A DNA stretch of 64,000 nucleotides from Myxococcales bacterium. Lineage in GTDB: Bacteria; Myxococcota_A; Polyangia; Polyangiales; DASUME01. The translations under genes and the position numbers were made by a program. The DNA is taken from assembly GCA_047601445.1 (NCBI GenBank), contig JASGJH010000001.1, forward strand, positions 7,520,001 to 7,584,000, in the 5' to 3' direction. Below are positions 1 through 10,568 of the stretch, in pieces; position 1 is the stretch's first letter, and each line of letters begins with the position of its first letter. The notes under the pieces were generated by a model, which saw nothing but the letters and a program-made list of their open reading frames with translations, made no database searches and had not been told where the DNA came from.

Positions 1-105
1 GTCGGTCGTGTTGCGGTCGATGGCCTGGGCGTCCTGGGGGGCCAACAGAGACAATGCGGCGGACACACCGAGCAACGTCTTCATTCGCTTGGTTCGATTG
101 GACAT
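1..105 (-). CDS. N-terminus of a secreted protein running off the window edge; possibly an outer-membrane lipoprotein-sorting (LolA-like) partner of the ABC exporter
   Basis: ATG at 105 preceded by AAGGAG. Reads MSNRTKRMKTLLGVSAALSLLAPQDAQA (signal-peptide-like). Starts 15 bp after the permease stop. Product is inferred from context only. Confidence 0.55.
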   Translation of the reverse strand, partial: MSNRTKRMKTLLGVSAALSLLAPQDAQAIDRNTTD

Positions 106-120
106 GGATGCTCTCCTTTT

Positions 121-2786
121 TCACTCGTAGTCGAGCGCATCGCGGACGACCAAACGGGCCGCCTGACGCGCAGGGTAGAAGCCAGCCACGGCCGAGATGG
201 GCAGCGTGACCAGCGCCATGGTGACGATGGAGCCGAGCGGGAACGTGTAGGGCAGACTCCAGCCCATCTGCACGCCCGCGATGTAACGCAGCAGGATGTA
301 GCCGACCCCCAGCCCCACCAACACGCCGCCGAGCGCGCCCACGCCGCCGATCAGCGTGGACTCCACCATCACCATCTTGCGCACCTGCTTGCGCAGCATC
401 CCAACTGCCCTCAACACGCCGATCTCGCGCACCCGGTCGAGCACGTTCGAGAGTACGGCGGTGACCATGCCGAGCATCGCCACCACCAGCGTCACCAGCT
501 CGAGCACGTGCATCAGCGCGAAGATCTTGTTGGCGGCCTTCACGAACTCGCCGCGGAACTCCCGGGTGGTCAGCACGAACAGGTCGTGCTGCTCGGCCAG
601 GTTCTCGTTGATGGTGCGGCGCACCCGCTCGGGGTTCGCACCTTGGGTCAGAAAAAGCTCATAGCTGTCCACGCGCTGGTCGCCCCAAAGCTCCACATAG
701 GTCTTGCGATCGACGCGCAGGGTCCCGCGGTCGCTCGTGTAGTCGATGACCACCGCGGCGACCTTGAAGGGTTGCGTGCCTCGCCCGGTGCTCAGCGCAA
801 TGCGGTCGCCGCGGTGCACGCCGAAGCGGCGCGCGAAGTTCTCGCCGATCACCAGTTCCCCGCGCTCGAGGCCATCGTGCACGTCGCGCTGGCTGCCCTC
901 GAGGGGCGTGTAGTGAGAGGCCCGCGACTTTTCGACGACGATCATCTTGACCGGGTAGCCCTGGTAGTCGATATCCATGAACTTCGCGGCGCGCACCATC
1001 GCCACGCCCGGTACGGCTTGCAGCTTCGCGCGCATGGAGTCGTCCATCGGCGTGTTGCGCTCGCTCAGCCCGACGATGGGGGTGCCGCTCGCGACTACGA
1101 GATCGCCGGGTAAAAGCTGAGCAGACCACGTATTCAAGCTGGTGATGAAGCTGACGATGAAGGTGCCCACGCCCACCGTCAGTGATACCCCTGCCATCAA
1201 TCCGGAGGCCATGCTGGCCGTGCGCTGAATGTCCCGCGGCAGGTTGTCGGTGGCGATGGCGGCCTCTACGCTCAGGACCCGCCCGCGCAGCATGGTGAGC
1301 GCGACGTGTGCGACGCGCACCATGCCCGGCATCAACATGCGTCCCGCCAAGGTCAAGGTCAGGCACGCGACCAGCGGACCGTAGGGCATGTTTCCCGAGG
1401 CCGGAACTTGCAAGAGGAGCAGGGTGGCAAAGAGAAGCAACACGCCGATCCACTCGCCTCGCGTGGCGCCCGAGGTGCTGGCCGAGAGGTTGAGCGTGCT
1501 GGTGCTCAGCGCCTCCGTGGGCTTGATGCGACCTGCCCGGGCCGTCGCGATGAACGCGGCCAGGGTCGCGGCCACGATGCCCAAGGCAAACCCGGCCAAC
1601 AGGACGCTGGGGTCGAGCTGCACCTCGCCCGCAGCTTGCTGCATGTACACCTCATTGACGGCGTCGCTCGAGAGAGCCAGCGCACTGCGCGAGATGGCCA
1701 GCGCCAGGAGCACGCCCAGGCCCGAACCCACGGTTCCGAGCGCGGCCCCCTCCAGGGTCAGCAGGGTGACCAGCTGCCTGCGTGTGGTGCCGAGCGCGCG
1801 CAGATCCCGAGCTCTCGCTTGCGCTGCACCACGCTGATCCCCATGGTGTTGACCACCAGGAACGCACCGGCGAGCAGCGCCAGGACGCTGGCCATGAAGA
1901 GTGCGGTGCGCATCGACGTGAGCATCTGCGCCACGCGGTCGCCACGACTCCCCGGGGGCTCCACGTTGAAGGTCGCTCCAAGCGCGCGCTTGAGGCCTCT
2001 CGCAACGTCTTCGGAGCGTATGCCAGGAGCCAACGCGAGGTCGATGCGATCGATGTTGCGGCCGCGCCCGAAGGCGACCTGCATCGCCGGGTAGTACATG
2101 ATGCCGATGGCGCCCCCGAAGGCGTTGCCCACGCCGGTGTCGTCAATGAAGCCCCAAACCTCGAAGGGCTCGAGGCCCGAGCTGGTGGCGATGGAGATCT
2201 TGTCGTGCAGCCTGGCCCCGACGCGCTCGGCCAGCGCGCGGCTGAGGATGATGTTGCGCGGCGAGTTGAGGAATGCGAGAGGGTCGCGACGAATCGCCTC
2301 GAGTTCGGAGGAGGCGTAGCTGCGGAAGTAGCTGTCTTCGGTGCCCAGTAGATCGATTCCAACGATCATCAGACGCTCGCGCTTTCCCGCCTTGGTGCGC
2401 ATGCCGACGATCTGCTGCATGACCGGCGTGAGTTTGTGGACGCCCGGCTGAGCTCGAGCCACGTCGAGCACCGACTCGTCGAAGCCACTGCCGCCCGCCC
2501 CGATCTGCAGCTCGGCCTTGCCCGCCAGGTCGCCCACGGTGTTGGTGACGCTGGTCACGATGGAACGACTGACCAGGACGACCGCCACGAGCACGGCGAC
2601 ACCGAGAGCGACGCCCAGGATGGTGAAGCCGGTGCGCAGCGGATGCTCGCGCATGCGGGGCAGACTGACGGTGCGCAGCAGGCGACCGAGTCGGAGCAGA
2701 GCTAGCGGCGCGAGGAGTGAGCGCACGCGGGCACGCACGAAGGCGAAGGGAAGCCGAAGCAACACCCGCAGGATTCCTGGAAACAT
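121..2786 (-). CDS. FtsX/MacB-type ABC transporter permease (double-domain), interrupted by a 1-bp frameshift near 1803
   Basis: ORF 1758-2786 (MFPGILR...VVQRKRELGI) and ORF 121-1731 join if one base is restored, giving RELGILRALGTTRRQLVTLLTLEG, which parallels the C-terminal REIGVLRAVGMLRKQVRKMVMVES. Start overlaps the ATPase stop (TGATG). Confidence 0.85.
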
Positions 2787-3541
2787 CAGACGGCCGCCTT
2801 GTTGGCCGCGCTCACTGCGCTCGGCGCGCGAGGGATCTCGGGAAGCCCGTTGCCCGAGCTGCGATCGATCCGCTCGTCCTTCACGATCTGCCCGTCTTTC
2901 AGCCACAGGATGCGGTCGCCCACCTGCGCGGCGTGGCGGTCGTGGGTCACCATCACGATCGTGGTGCCGGTGCACTCACAGGTTTGGCGCAGCAATGCCA
3001 GGGTGGCCGCGCCGGTCACGCTATCGAGGTTGCCCGTGGGCTCGTCCGCCAGGATCAGGCTGGGCGCCATCATCAGCGCGCGCGCGATGGCCACCCGTTG
3101 CATTTGACCACCCGACAGCTGGTGGATGTAGTGGTCCTGGCGCCGCGCGAGGCCCACGCTATCGAGCAGCTGCTCCGCGCGACGCCGGTCGGCATCCTCG
3201 ACTCGGCGCTCGAGCATCACCGGGAGCAGCGTGTTGTCGAGGGCCGTCAGGGTGGGCATCAGGTTGAAGGCCTGAAACACCAGGCCCACCTTGCGGCGTC
3301 GAAACAGGGTCAGGGCGTCGTCGTCGAGGTGTGCGATGTCCTGGCCGTCGATCCGGATGCTGCCGGAGCTCGGGGCGTCGAGGGCGCTCACCAGGTTGAG
3401 GAGGGTGGATTTGCCGGAACCACTGGCCCCCATGATGCTGACGAACTGGCCGGCGGGAACACTGAGGTCGAGGTCGCGCAGGGCGACCACCGTGTGCTCG
3501 CCTTCGCCGTAGCTCTTCCCGACTCGCTTGAGCTCAATCAT
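2786..3541 (-). CDS. ABC transporter ATP-binding protein (LolD/MacB-like)
   Basis: Walker A GASGSGKS, signature LSGGQMQRVAIARAL, Walker B/D-loop ILADEPTGNLD, H-loop VTHD. ATG at 3541 follows GGGAG. Confidence 0.95.
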   Translation of the reverse strand: MIELKRVGKSYGEGEHTVVALRDLDLSVPAGQFVSIMGASGSGKSTLLNLVSALDAPSSGSIRIDGQDIAHLDDDALTLFRRRKVGLVFQAFNLMPTLTALDNTLLPVMLERRVEDADRRRAEQLLDSVGLARRQDHYIHQLSGGQMQRVAIARALMMAPSLILADEPTGNLDSVTGAATLALLRQTCECTGTTIVMVTHDRHAAQVGDRILWLKDGQIVKDERIDRSSGNGLPEIPRAPSAVSAANKAAV

Positions 3542-3724
3542 CGGACGTTCTCCCGTTCGGTCGAGCAGACGCGCGGTCTGCCGATGGGAGGAACCTGAGG
3601 CGGCGTGCGATGACGTGCTTGAGTTCTGCGTGAATACGAGCGTTTGATGGCCGCTCACGCGGAGCTCACGCAGAACTCACGCAGGCCTGATGGAGGGCTA
3701 CAGTGCGGTGGCGGAGCCGCGGGG

Positions 3725-5695
3725 CTACAGGAGCGGCGCGAGCAGCGGGGCGAACAGGGGGGCCGAGGTACCGATCAAGTGCTGGTCGTCGAAGTAGAGC
3801 GACCTGGCTCCATAGGTGACGTCGCAGCGACTGGTCTTGCACAGGACACGGACGGGCTCGATGACCTCGAAGGTATAGTGCGTCCGAAGCTGAGCGAGCA
3901 TCGCGTCGAACGGGCGCTGTCGCGCGCGGGCTTCGGCGCTGTCCGGGCGGATGTCGTAGGCCAGGTGACGCCAACTACGGCGTGCCAGCGCATTGGGCAC
4001 GTTGGTGTCGGCTTCGGGGACGGGGCCCACGATGGTCACGCGTTTCCCCTTGGCATGGAGGAACGCCAGGGTGCTCTCCAGTCCCCGCTGCACCAGCTGC
4101 ACGCCTTCCTCGAAGCGCGACGCGGTCTGAGCTCCGTATTGCACGGTGATGTGCGCGGCGCCCTGGTAGCGACGCTGCTCGAGCCAAGCTCCCCAACGTC
4201 CGACCAAGACCACGCTCTCGTAGTCCGGGGAGCTCTCGAGGAGGCTCGTCACGTGCTGATGGAAGCGACTACAGCGGTCCGGTCGAAACGCCAGGTGCAC
4301 GCCCCCCGCGGGTGGACAGCCGCCCTGGGTCACCACCGTGCCACGGACGCCTCGCCCTTGTGCCGCCAACGCGGCCGCGGGACTCATGGACTGCGCGTGG
4401 GAGTCGCCCCAGATCAGGAAGGTCTTGGTGGCGGCCTTGGGCTCCCCCACGTCGCACTGGGTCATGCCCTGAAGGCGCGTGGTGGTGTCCTGGCTGCCAG
4501 GAATACAGGCCGCGACCTGAGCCTCGGCAGGGTTGCGGCCCACGTCGAGCAGCGTGCGAGCGGCCTGGGGCAAGCGTTGGGGGAGGCCCTCGCCGCGGAT
4601 GCTCACGAAGGCGAGCAGGCAGGCCGTGGCCATGGCGGCGACGGCGAATCCGAGCACCGCGCGCGGCTTCAGGAGCAGCACCCGCTTGCGTACGGGGTCC
4701 TCGAGCAGGGCGCGCGAAGCCATGGCCAGCGCCAACGTGAGGGCGAAGACCAGCGCCAGCTGAACGGGCCCCAGCTCACGCCCGCTCAGCAGTCGCCCGT
4801 AGACCAGGGCGGGCCAGTGCCAGAGGTAGAGCGCATAAGAGATCAGGCCGATGAAGACGAAAGGACGGCGAGCGAGCGTCTGGCCCACCCAGGTGCGCTC
4901 CGAGCTCTCTGCGTAGAGGAAGGCGCTCGAACCCAGGGTCGGTAGCAGCGCTGCCAGGCCCGGAAAGGTCATGCCCCCCGTGTACGTGAACACCGAGTAG
5001 AGGATCGCGCCGAGTCCGAGCCCGGAGATGGCTCCCCGGAGCGGTCGACTCGGGACCACCGGCACGAGCTGCAGGGTCACCATGGTGCCGAGCAAGAGCT
5101 CCCAAGCGCGCAGGTGCGCGAAGTAGAACGCGCCCATGGGGTCGTTTGAGACGGCGCGCACGGAGAGCAGCAGTGAACCCGCGAGCAAGAGTGGCAGCAC
5201 GACGCGGATGGAACGCGGAGACCAGCGCCAAAGGCACCCAAGCAGCAAGGGGAAGACCAAATAGAACTGCTCTTCCACACACAGCGACCAGGTATGGAGC
5301 AATGGCTTCGTCTCGGCCTTGGGCTCGAAGTAGCCCGCCTGCCTGGAGAAGCCCACGTTGGCATAAAACAGGGTCGCCTGAAGCAGGCTGCGCGCCATGG
5401 CCGTGAGCTCGCGCGGCACGAGCACCAGGTAGCCCACGAGCCAGGTCGCGCCGAGCATGGCGAACAGGGCCGGAAAGATCCTGCGTACCCGTCGCTCGTA
5501 GAACGAGCGCAGCGAGAACGTCCCGTCGCGCAGCTCCTTCATGAGGATCCCGGAGATGAGGTATCCGGAGATCACGAAGAACACGTCGACGCCCACGAAG
5601 CCGCCGTCGAAGCCAGGAACGTTTGCATGAAAGAGGATCACGGGCAGCACGGCGACTGCCCTGAGACCATCCACTTCGGGGCGGTACTTCAGCAC
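3725..5695 (-). CDS. OafA/OatA-like acyltransferase-3 protein with C-terminal SGNH domain
   Basis: YRPEVDGLRAVAV, GVDVFFVISGYLI, HTWSLCVEEQFY, SYALYLWHWP, then WGDSHA and DDQH. GTG start at 5695 after GGAGG. Confidence 0.92.
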   Translation of the reverse strand: MLKYRPEVDGLRAVAVLPVILFHANVPGFDGGFVGVDVFFVISGYLISGILMKELRDGTFSLRSFYERRVRRIFPALFAMLGATWLVGYLVLVPRELTAMARSLLQATLFYANVGFSRQAGYFEPKAETKPLLHTWSLCVEEQFYLVFPLLLGCLWRWSPRSIRVVLPLLLAGSLLLSVRAVSNDPMGAFYFAHLRAWELLLGTMVTLQLVPVVPSRPLRGAISGLGLGAILYSVFTYTGGMTFPGLAALLPTLGSSAFLYAESSERTWVGQTLARRPFVFIGLISYALYLWHWPALVYGRLLSGRELGPVQLALVFALTLALAMASRALLEDPVRKRVLLLKPRAVLGFAVAAMATACLLAFVSIRGEGLPQRLPQAARTLLDVGRNPAEAQVAACIPGSQDTTTRLQGMTQCDVGEPKAATKTFLIWGDSHAQSMSPAAALAAQGRGVRGTVVTQGGCPPAGGVHLAFRPDRCSRFHQHVTSLLESSPDYESVVLVGRWGAWLEQRRYQGAAHITVQYGAQTASRFEEGVQLVQRGLESTLAFLHAKGKRVTIVGPVPEADTNVPNALARRSWRHLAYDIRPDSAEARARQRPFDAMLAQLRTHYTFEVIEPVRVLCKTSRCDVTYGARSLYFDDQHLIGTSAPLFAPLLAPLL

Positions 5696-5919
5696 GGGAT
5701 CCCCCTCCGTAACCAGGCCGAGACCGGCGCGCAAGGGTGAACTTCGTTCAAGTCCCCGCGGCCCGAAGCGAGACCTCGGCCGCGACAGATCCTGGCGCAA
5801 CCCGCGCGGGGCAAGGCACTCGGATCGCTCACGGGCAGCGCTGACCTGGTCTGGCTGCTGCGAGCTCGAAATCGGTGTGCACCAGCGTACTTGAAGCAGT
5901 CGGTCTCGCGCGCACCTGC

Positions 5920-5935
5920 TGGCACATCGCCTGCT
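5920..5935 (+). promoter_or_regulatory. Putative sigma-54 (-24/-12) promoter of the sulfatase gene
   Basis: TGGCACATCGCCTGCT = GG-N10-GC with TGGCAC core, 13 bp before the ATG at 5949. Confidence 0.6.
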
Positions 5936-5948
5936 AGCTGCCGCGGCC

Positions 5949-8042
5949 ATGAACATGAAAACCAGGCAAAGTAACTCAGGGCTCGTTACGAGCCTCGGCA
6001 GAGCTTCTCTCATCTTCTCGTTGGCGACCGCCGGTGCGGCCAACTCCCTCGCCGGTTGCGCCAGCGAACCGAGCAGCGACGGCAGCGAGGACGGCGAGCA
6101 GGTCGGTTCCCTCGACCTCAATCTGGACGTCGCGCCGGGCGTGACCATCAACACGGTCAACTACAGCATCACCGGCAACGGCTTCACCAAGAGCGGCACC
6201 ATCAACGTCAGCGGCGCGCCGACCATCAGCGCCAACATCGGCGGCATTCCCGCGGGCACCGGCTACTCCATCACGCTCACGGCGAGCTCGACCCAGGGCA
6301 ACGCGAGCTTCACCGGTTCGGCTAGCTTCGACGTTAGCGCGGGCGGCATCGCCTCGGTGAAGGTGAGCTTGCGGGGCTCGGTCGGCAGCGGAAACGGCAG
6401 CGTGAACGTCACCGGCACCATCAACGTGAGCCCGGTGATCGACGAACTGACCGTGTCGCCGTTGACCGTGTACGTGGGCAGCTCGGTTGCGTTGACCTCG
6501 GTGAGCCGCGATCCCGACCAGTTTCCCGCCCCGTTGACCTATTACTGGAGCACCACCGGGGGACTCATCGACACCCCCATCGCGCAGAACGCGACGCTGA
6601 CGAGCACGACCGCAGGCACCTTCACGGTCACGCTCACCGTTTCCGACGGAGACGCCACCACCACGGCCACGCGCAGCGTGACGTTCGTGAACCCCGAACA
6701 AGACAGCGACGGCGGCGTGGTCGGCACGGGACCGAGCAAGCCCAACGTGCTCCTGATCATCGCGGACGACTACGGCGCGGAGGCCTCCAGCCTGTACCCC
6801 CAGCTCGCGGGTACCCAGGGCCAGGTCTCGGTTCCGAACATCGAGGCGCTCGCGGCGAACGGCCTCGTGTTCGACAACGCCTGGGCGAGCCCCGTGTGCT
6901 CGCCGACGCGCGGCACCATCATCAGCGGCCAGTATGGCTATCGCACCGGCGTGACCACCGTGGGCGACGTGCTGCCGACCTCGACGGTCACGCTCTTCGA
7001 CCGGCTCACGGCGGAGAGCCCCAGCTACGAGCAGGCCTTTTTCGGTAAGTACCACGTCGGCGGCGGCAGCATCAATCCGCGCGCGGGCGTTGCGTACCCC
7101 GGCGTCCCGCAGATCCTGCAGCACGCGCGTGACATCGGCATCACCAACTTCCGCGGCATCCTCGGCGGCGCCATCGTCGACTACTTCAACTGGGTGCTCT
7201 ACGACATCAACGGGCCTAGCGTCCCCGAGACCACGTACGCGACTACCGTGCTCACGGACCTCGCCATCGATTACATCCACCAGCACGAGACCAACAAGCC
7301 CAACGAGCCCTGGTTCCTCTACCAGGCGTTCAACGCGCCGCACGCGGCCAACGGCGGCAACAATCCGTACCAGTTGCCCCCGTCGAATCTCCACCACGTG
7401 GACCTCAGCTCCGTCGGCAACCCTGCGCCCGGCGCCTACCAGACGACCATCCCGGCCTACCAGGCTGACATCCAGGCTCTGGACACCGAGCTCGGCCGTT
7501 TGTTGGCCGAAGTCGACCTCGAGACCACGACCGTGATCTTCATCGGCGACAACGGCGTGCCGCCGCCCGTGAAGGACGTGCAGACGGGCCTGCGCGACTC
7601 CAAGGGCAGCGCCTACGAGGGCGGCGTCCGCGTGCCGCTCATCGTCGCCGGCGCCGGCGTCACGCGCCGTGGCCGCGAGGACGACCTGTTCGTGACCACC
7701 GATCTCTACGCGAGCATCCTGGAACTCACCGGCGTCTCGGTGCCGCAGGTCAACAACAGCTACAGCTTCAAGCCGCTGCTCAGCGACGAAGCTGCCAGCA
7801 ACGGACGCACGCACTCCTTCAGCGAGACCTCGAGCGGTACCAACAACCGCCGCTATGCCATCAAGGACAAGCGCTACAAGCTACTGAACAACCTCGGCAA
7901 GTGGGAGCTCTACGATCTGGTGACGGACCCCAAGGAGACCACCAACCTCTACACGAGCAAGCCCCACACGGCAGTGCTCGCGAGCCTGCAGGCGGAGATC
8001 GCGAAGCTCAAGGCCGACGCGCGCCCTGGCTACTTCCAGTGA
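5949..8042 (+). CDS. Lipoprotein type-I (Cys-type) sulfatase with N-terminal Ig/PKD-like beta domains
   Basis: Lipobox-like LAGC, then a Ser/Thr/Gly-rich beta region. KPNVLLIIADDYG, CSPTRG (CxPxR), GKYH, APH, GDNG, KGSAYEGGVRVP, ELYDL..DP.E..NL. Confidence 0.92.
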   Translation: MNMKTRQSNSGLVTSLGRASLIFSLATAGAANSLAGCASEPSSDGSEDGEQVGSLDLNLDVAPGVTINTVNYSITGNGFTKSGTINVSGAPTISANIGGIPAGTGYSITLTASSTQGNASFTGSASFDVSAGGIASVKVSLRGSVGSGNGSVNVTGTINVSPVIDELTVSPLTVYVGSSVALTSVSRDPDQFPAPLTYYWSTTGGLIDTPIAQNATLTSTTAGTFTVTLTVSDGDATTTATRSVTFVNPEQDSDGGVVGTGPSKPNVLLIIADDYGAEASSLYPQLAGTQGQVSVPNIEALAANGLVFDNAWASPVCSPTRGTIISGQYGYRTGVTTVGDVLPTSTVTLFDRLTAESPSYEQAFFGKYHVGGGSINPRAGVAYPGVPQILQHARDIGITNFRGILGGAIVDYFNWVLYDINGPSVPETTYATTVLTDLAIDYIHQHETNKPNEPWFLYQAFNAPHAANGGNNPYQLPPSNLHHVDLSSVGNPAPGAYQTTIPAYQADIQALDTELGRLLAEVDLETTTVIFIGDNGVPPPVKDVQTGLRDSKGSAYEGGVRVPLIVAGAGVTRRGREDDLFVTTDLYASILELTGVSVPQVNNSYSFKPLLSDEAASNGRTHSFSETSSGTNNRRYAIKDKRYKLLNNLGKWELYDLVTDPKETTNLYTSKPHTAVLASLQAEIAKLKADARPGYFQ

Positions 8043-8132
8043 GCGTCTAGTCCCTGAACGCGCCGCTCCTGCCGAACGTGGTGGGGGCGGCGCTCGCTAA
8101 TTGAAACTCTCGAAAGCGCGAAGCAAAAAAGC

Positions 8133-10436
8133 ATGCGAAACGGGCTCGTCGTCCTTGGGTTCCTCATGGTGGTCTCGCTCGCGGCGTGCGCGCGCGAGCA
8201 CGCTGCCGATGCACCGTCTGCTGCGCCGCAAGGCGCGCTCGACAAGGCGAACGCGAGCTCGCCACCGAAGTCGAACGCGCAGCCCGAGCCCACGCCGCGC
8301 GGTCGCGAAGAGTTCGTCGGTTCGCAGGTCTGCGCGTCGTGCCATCGTGCGCAGGCAGAAGCGTACCTGAGCTCGCATCATGCCAAGGCGCTGGTGAAGC
8401 CCAGCGCAGAGCTGGCCAAAGCTCGCTTCGACGGCGCCCACTTCAACTCGAAGCTCGGGGGAAGCACCCGATTCGCGCTGCGCGACGGCGTGCCCGAGGT
8501 GACCACGGCCATTCCCGGCGGAACGTCCGTGAGAGTTCCCATCACCCACGTGTCCGGCGTTTGGCCGATCGAGCAGTACGTGGTGGCGACCGAACGCGGC
8601 AAGCTGCAGGCGCTGGGCGCGGCGTGGGACAGCCGATCATCCGCCGAGGGCGGTGCGCGCTGGTTCCATGTCTATGGGGCGGACGGCATCGGACCGAAGG
8701 ATCCCCTCTTCTTTACCTCGGCCGCCCAAAATTGGAATCACATGTGCGCGGAGTGCCATTCGACCTTGGTCGAGCGTCGCTACGACGTCGAAGCCGATAG
8801 CTTCGACACGCGCTGGGCGGAGCTCTCTGTGGGGTGCGAGGCTTGCCATGGTCCGGGGGCTCGCCACGTGCAATCGGCGAAGGCCTCGCCCGCGCTGCCC
8901 GTGGTCCCGTTGCCCGCTCGCTTGAAGCCTTCCGCGCCATGGACACCGTCCGCCACGGGCAGCCCCACTCCGCACGCCAAGGACGGCGTGGAGGTGGAGG
9001 TCTGCGCCCCGTGCCACAGCCGCCGCGAGCCGCTCAAGGAAGGCTTCCTCGCGAGCGATCCGTTTCTCGACTCGTTCGAGCCCGAGCTCCTCTTGCCTGG
9101 TCGCTACCACGCCGATGGTCAGGTCGAGGGGGAGGTCTACGAGTGGGGGTCGTTCCTGCAGAGCAGGATGCACCAGGCGGGCGTGACATGCTCTGACTGC
9201 CACAATCCCCACTCGGGCAAGCTCCATGCGCAGGGCAACGATCTCTGCGTTCGCTGCCACGAGCCCACGCGCTTCAACGTGGAGGCTCACTCGCACCACG
9301 CGGCCGGCACGTCGCCGCTCTGCATCGACTGCCACATGCCACCCAACACCTTCATGCAGATCGACGAGCGACGCGATCACTCCATCCGCATTCCACGTCC
9401 GGACCACAGCGTCGTATTCGGCACCCCCAACGCCTGCAACGGTTGTCACGCCAAGGAGTCCGCGAGCTGGGCACGCGACCAGGTTGCCGCCTGGTTCCCC
9501 GGGTCTCCCAAGCGTCCCCATTTCGTCGAAGCGCTCGCCAAGGATCGCAAGGGGGCGCTCGATGCTCCGCGCGCGCTGCGGTTGCTTGCCGAGGACGTGA
9601 GCGTGCCCGCCATTGCGCGCGCCACGGCCCTCGAGCGCATGGGGCAGTATCCAGCACTCAAGGTGCCGCAGACGCTGCGCGTTGCGCTCGGCAGTCCCGA
9701 GCCGCTCGTGGTCTACGGTGCGGTGCTCGGTGCGGCGCAGCTGCCGCCCCAACAGCGTGGGGCATTGCTTGCGCCGGTGCTGGAGCATCCTGCCCGGGCA
9801 GTGCGCGTCGCCGCCGCGAAGCTCCTCGCAGGCGTGCCCCTCGCAGGGCTTCCTGCGAACACTCGGGGCGCCCTCGAGCGCGCCTTCGCCGAGGTCGAGC
9901 AGAGCTTCGCGGTGAGCGCCTCACAGGCCGAAACCCACGTCGAGCGCAGCGCATTCGAGCTTGCTCGCGGCAGGGTCTCGGAGGCCGAGGGCTCCCTGCA
10001 CACAGCGCTCCGACTGCAGCCCTGCCTCGCCGAAGCGCACCTCAACCTCGCCGATTTGGCGCGCCAGCGCGGCGACGAGGCCGGAGCCGAGCAAGCCATC
10101 CGGGCCGCCCTCCGCTGCCACCCCGAAAATGCCGCCGCCCATCACGCGCTCGGCCTGTGGCAAGTGCGCGCGCATCAAGCGAAGTTGGCCACGGAAAGCT
10201 TGCGACGTGCCGTCGAGCTCGCCCCGTCCGACACGCGCTTCCGCTATGTGCTGGCGGTGGCACTGCACGGCAACGGCGAGCACGAGGCCGCGATTCGCGT
10301 GCTGGATGCAGCGCTGACGCAACGTCCGAACGACGCGAGCGCGCTGCAGGCGCTGGCCGGTTACCTGCGCGAAGCCGGGCAGGGCGAGCGCGCCTTCGAA
10401 GCGCAGCGCATGCTCGAGACCCTCTTGCGGGAGTGA
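8133..10436 (+). CDS. Lipoprotein multiheme (8 CxxCH) cytochrome c with C-terminal HEAT/TPR repeats
   Basis: LAAC lipobox. CASCH, CAECH, CEACH, CAPCH, CSDCH, CVRCH, CIDCH, CNGCH. C-terminal TPR-like AEAHLNLADL and AAAHHALGL. Confidence 0.92.
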   Translation: MRNGLVVLGFLMVVSLAACAREHAADAPSAAPQGALDKANASSPPKSNAQPEPTPRGREEFVGSQVCASCHRAQAEAYLSSHHAKALVKPSAELAKARFDGAHFNSKLGGSTRFALRDGVPEVTTAIPGGTSVRVPITHVSGVWPIEQYVVATERGKLQALGAAWDSRSSAEGGARWFHVYGADGIGPKDPLFFTSAAQNWNHMCAECHSTLVERRYDVEADSFDTRWAELSVGCEACHGPGARHVQSAKASPALPVVPLPARLKPSAPWTPSATGSPTPHAKDGVEVEVCAPCHSRREPLKEGFLASDPFLDSFEPELLLPGRYHADGQVEGEVYEWGSFLQSRMHQAGVTCSDCHNPHSGKLHAQGNDLCVRCHEPTRFNVEAHSHHAAGTSPLCIDCHMPPNTFMQIDERRDHSIRIPRPDHSVVFGTPNACNGCHAKESASWARDQVAAWFPGSPKRPHFVEALAKDRKGALDAPRALRLLAEDVSVPAIARATALERMGQYPALKVPQTLRVALGSPEPLVVYGAVLGAAQLPPQQRGALLAPVLEHPARAVRVAAAKLLAGVPLAGLPANTRGALERAFAEVEQSFAVSASQAETHVERSAFELARGRVSEAEGSLHTALRLQPCLAEAHLNLADLARQRGDEAGAEQAIRAALRCHPENAAAHHALGLWQVRAHQAKLATESLRRAVELAPSDTRFRYVLAVALHGNGEHEAAIRVLDAALTQRPNDASALQALAGYLREAGQGERAFEAQRMLETLLRE

Positions 10437-10568
10437 ATGCGAGCGCGCTTCGACGCGAAAACACCAACGCATGTTCACCGCAAGCGAACGCGGCTGTGAC
10501 ATACGGGCGGCTAGTCTGTCCCGCGTCGAGCAACGTCGGCTGCTTGCCTGCACAGCGGAGGTCTCTGA

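Noticed and set aside
5976..7814. Long antisense ORFs (also 26791-28635, 58011-59681, 56220-57854, 3644-4945)
   Set aside because: They mirror well-supported genes on the other strand, as expected from GC-rich codon bias, and show no recognisable domains.
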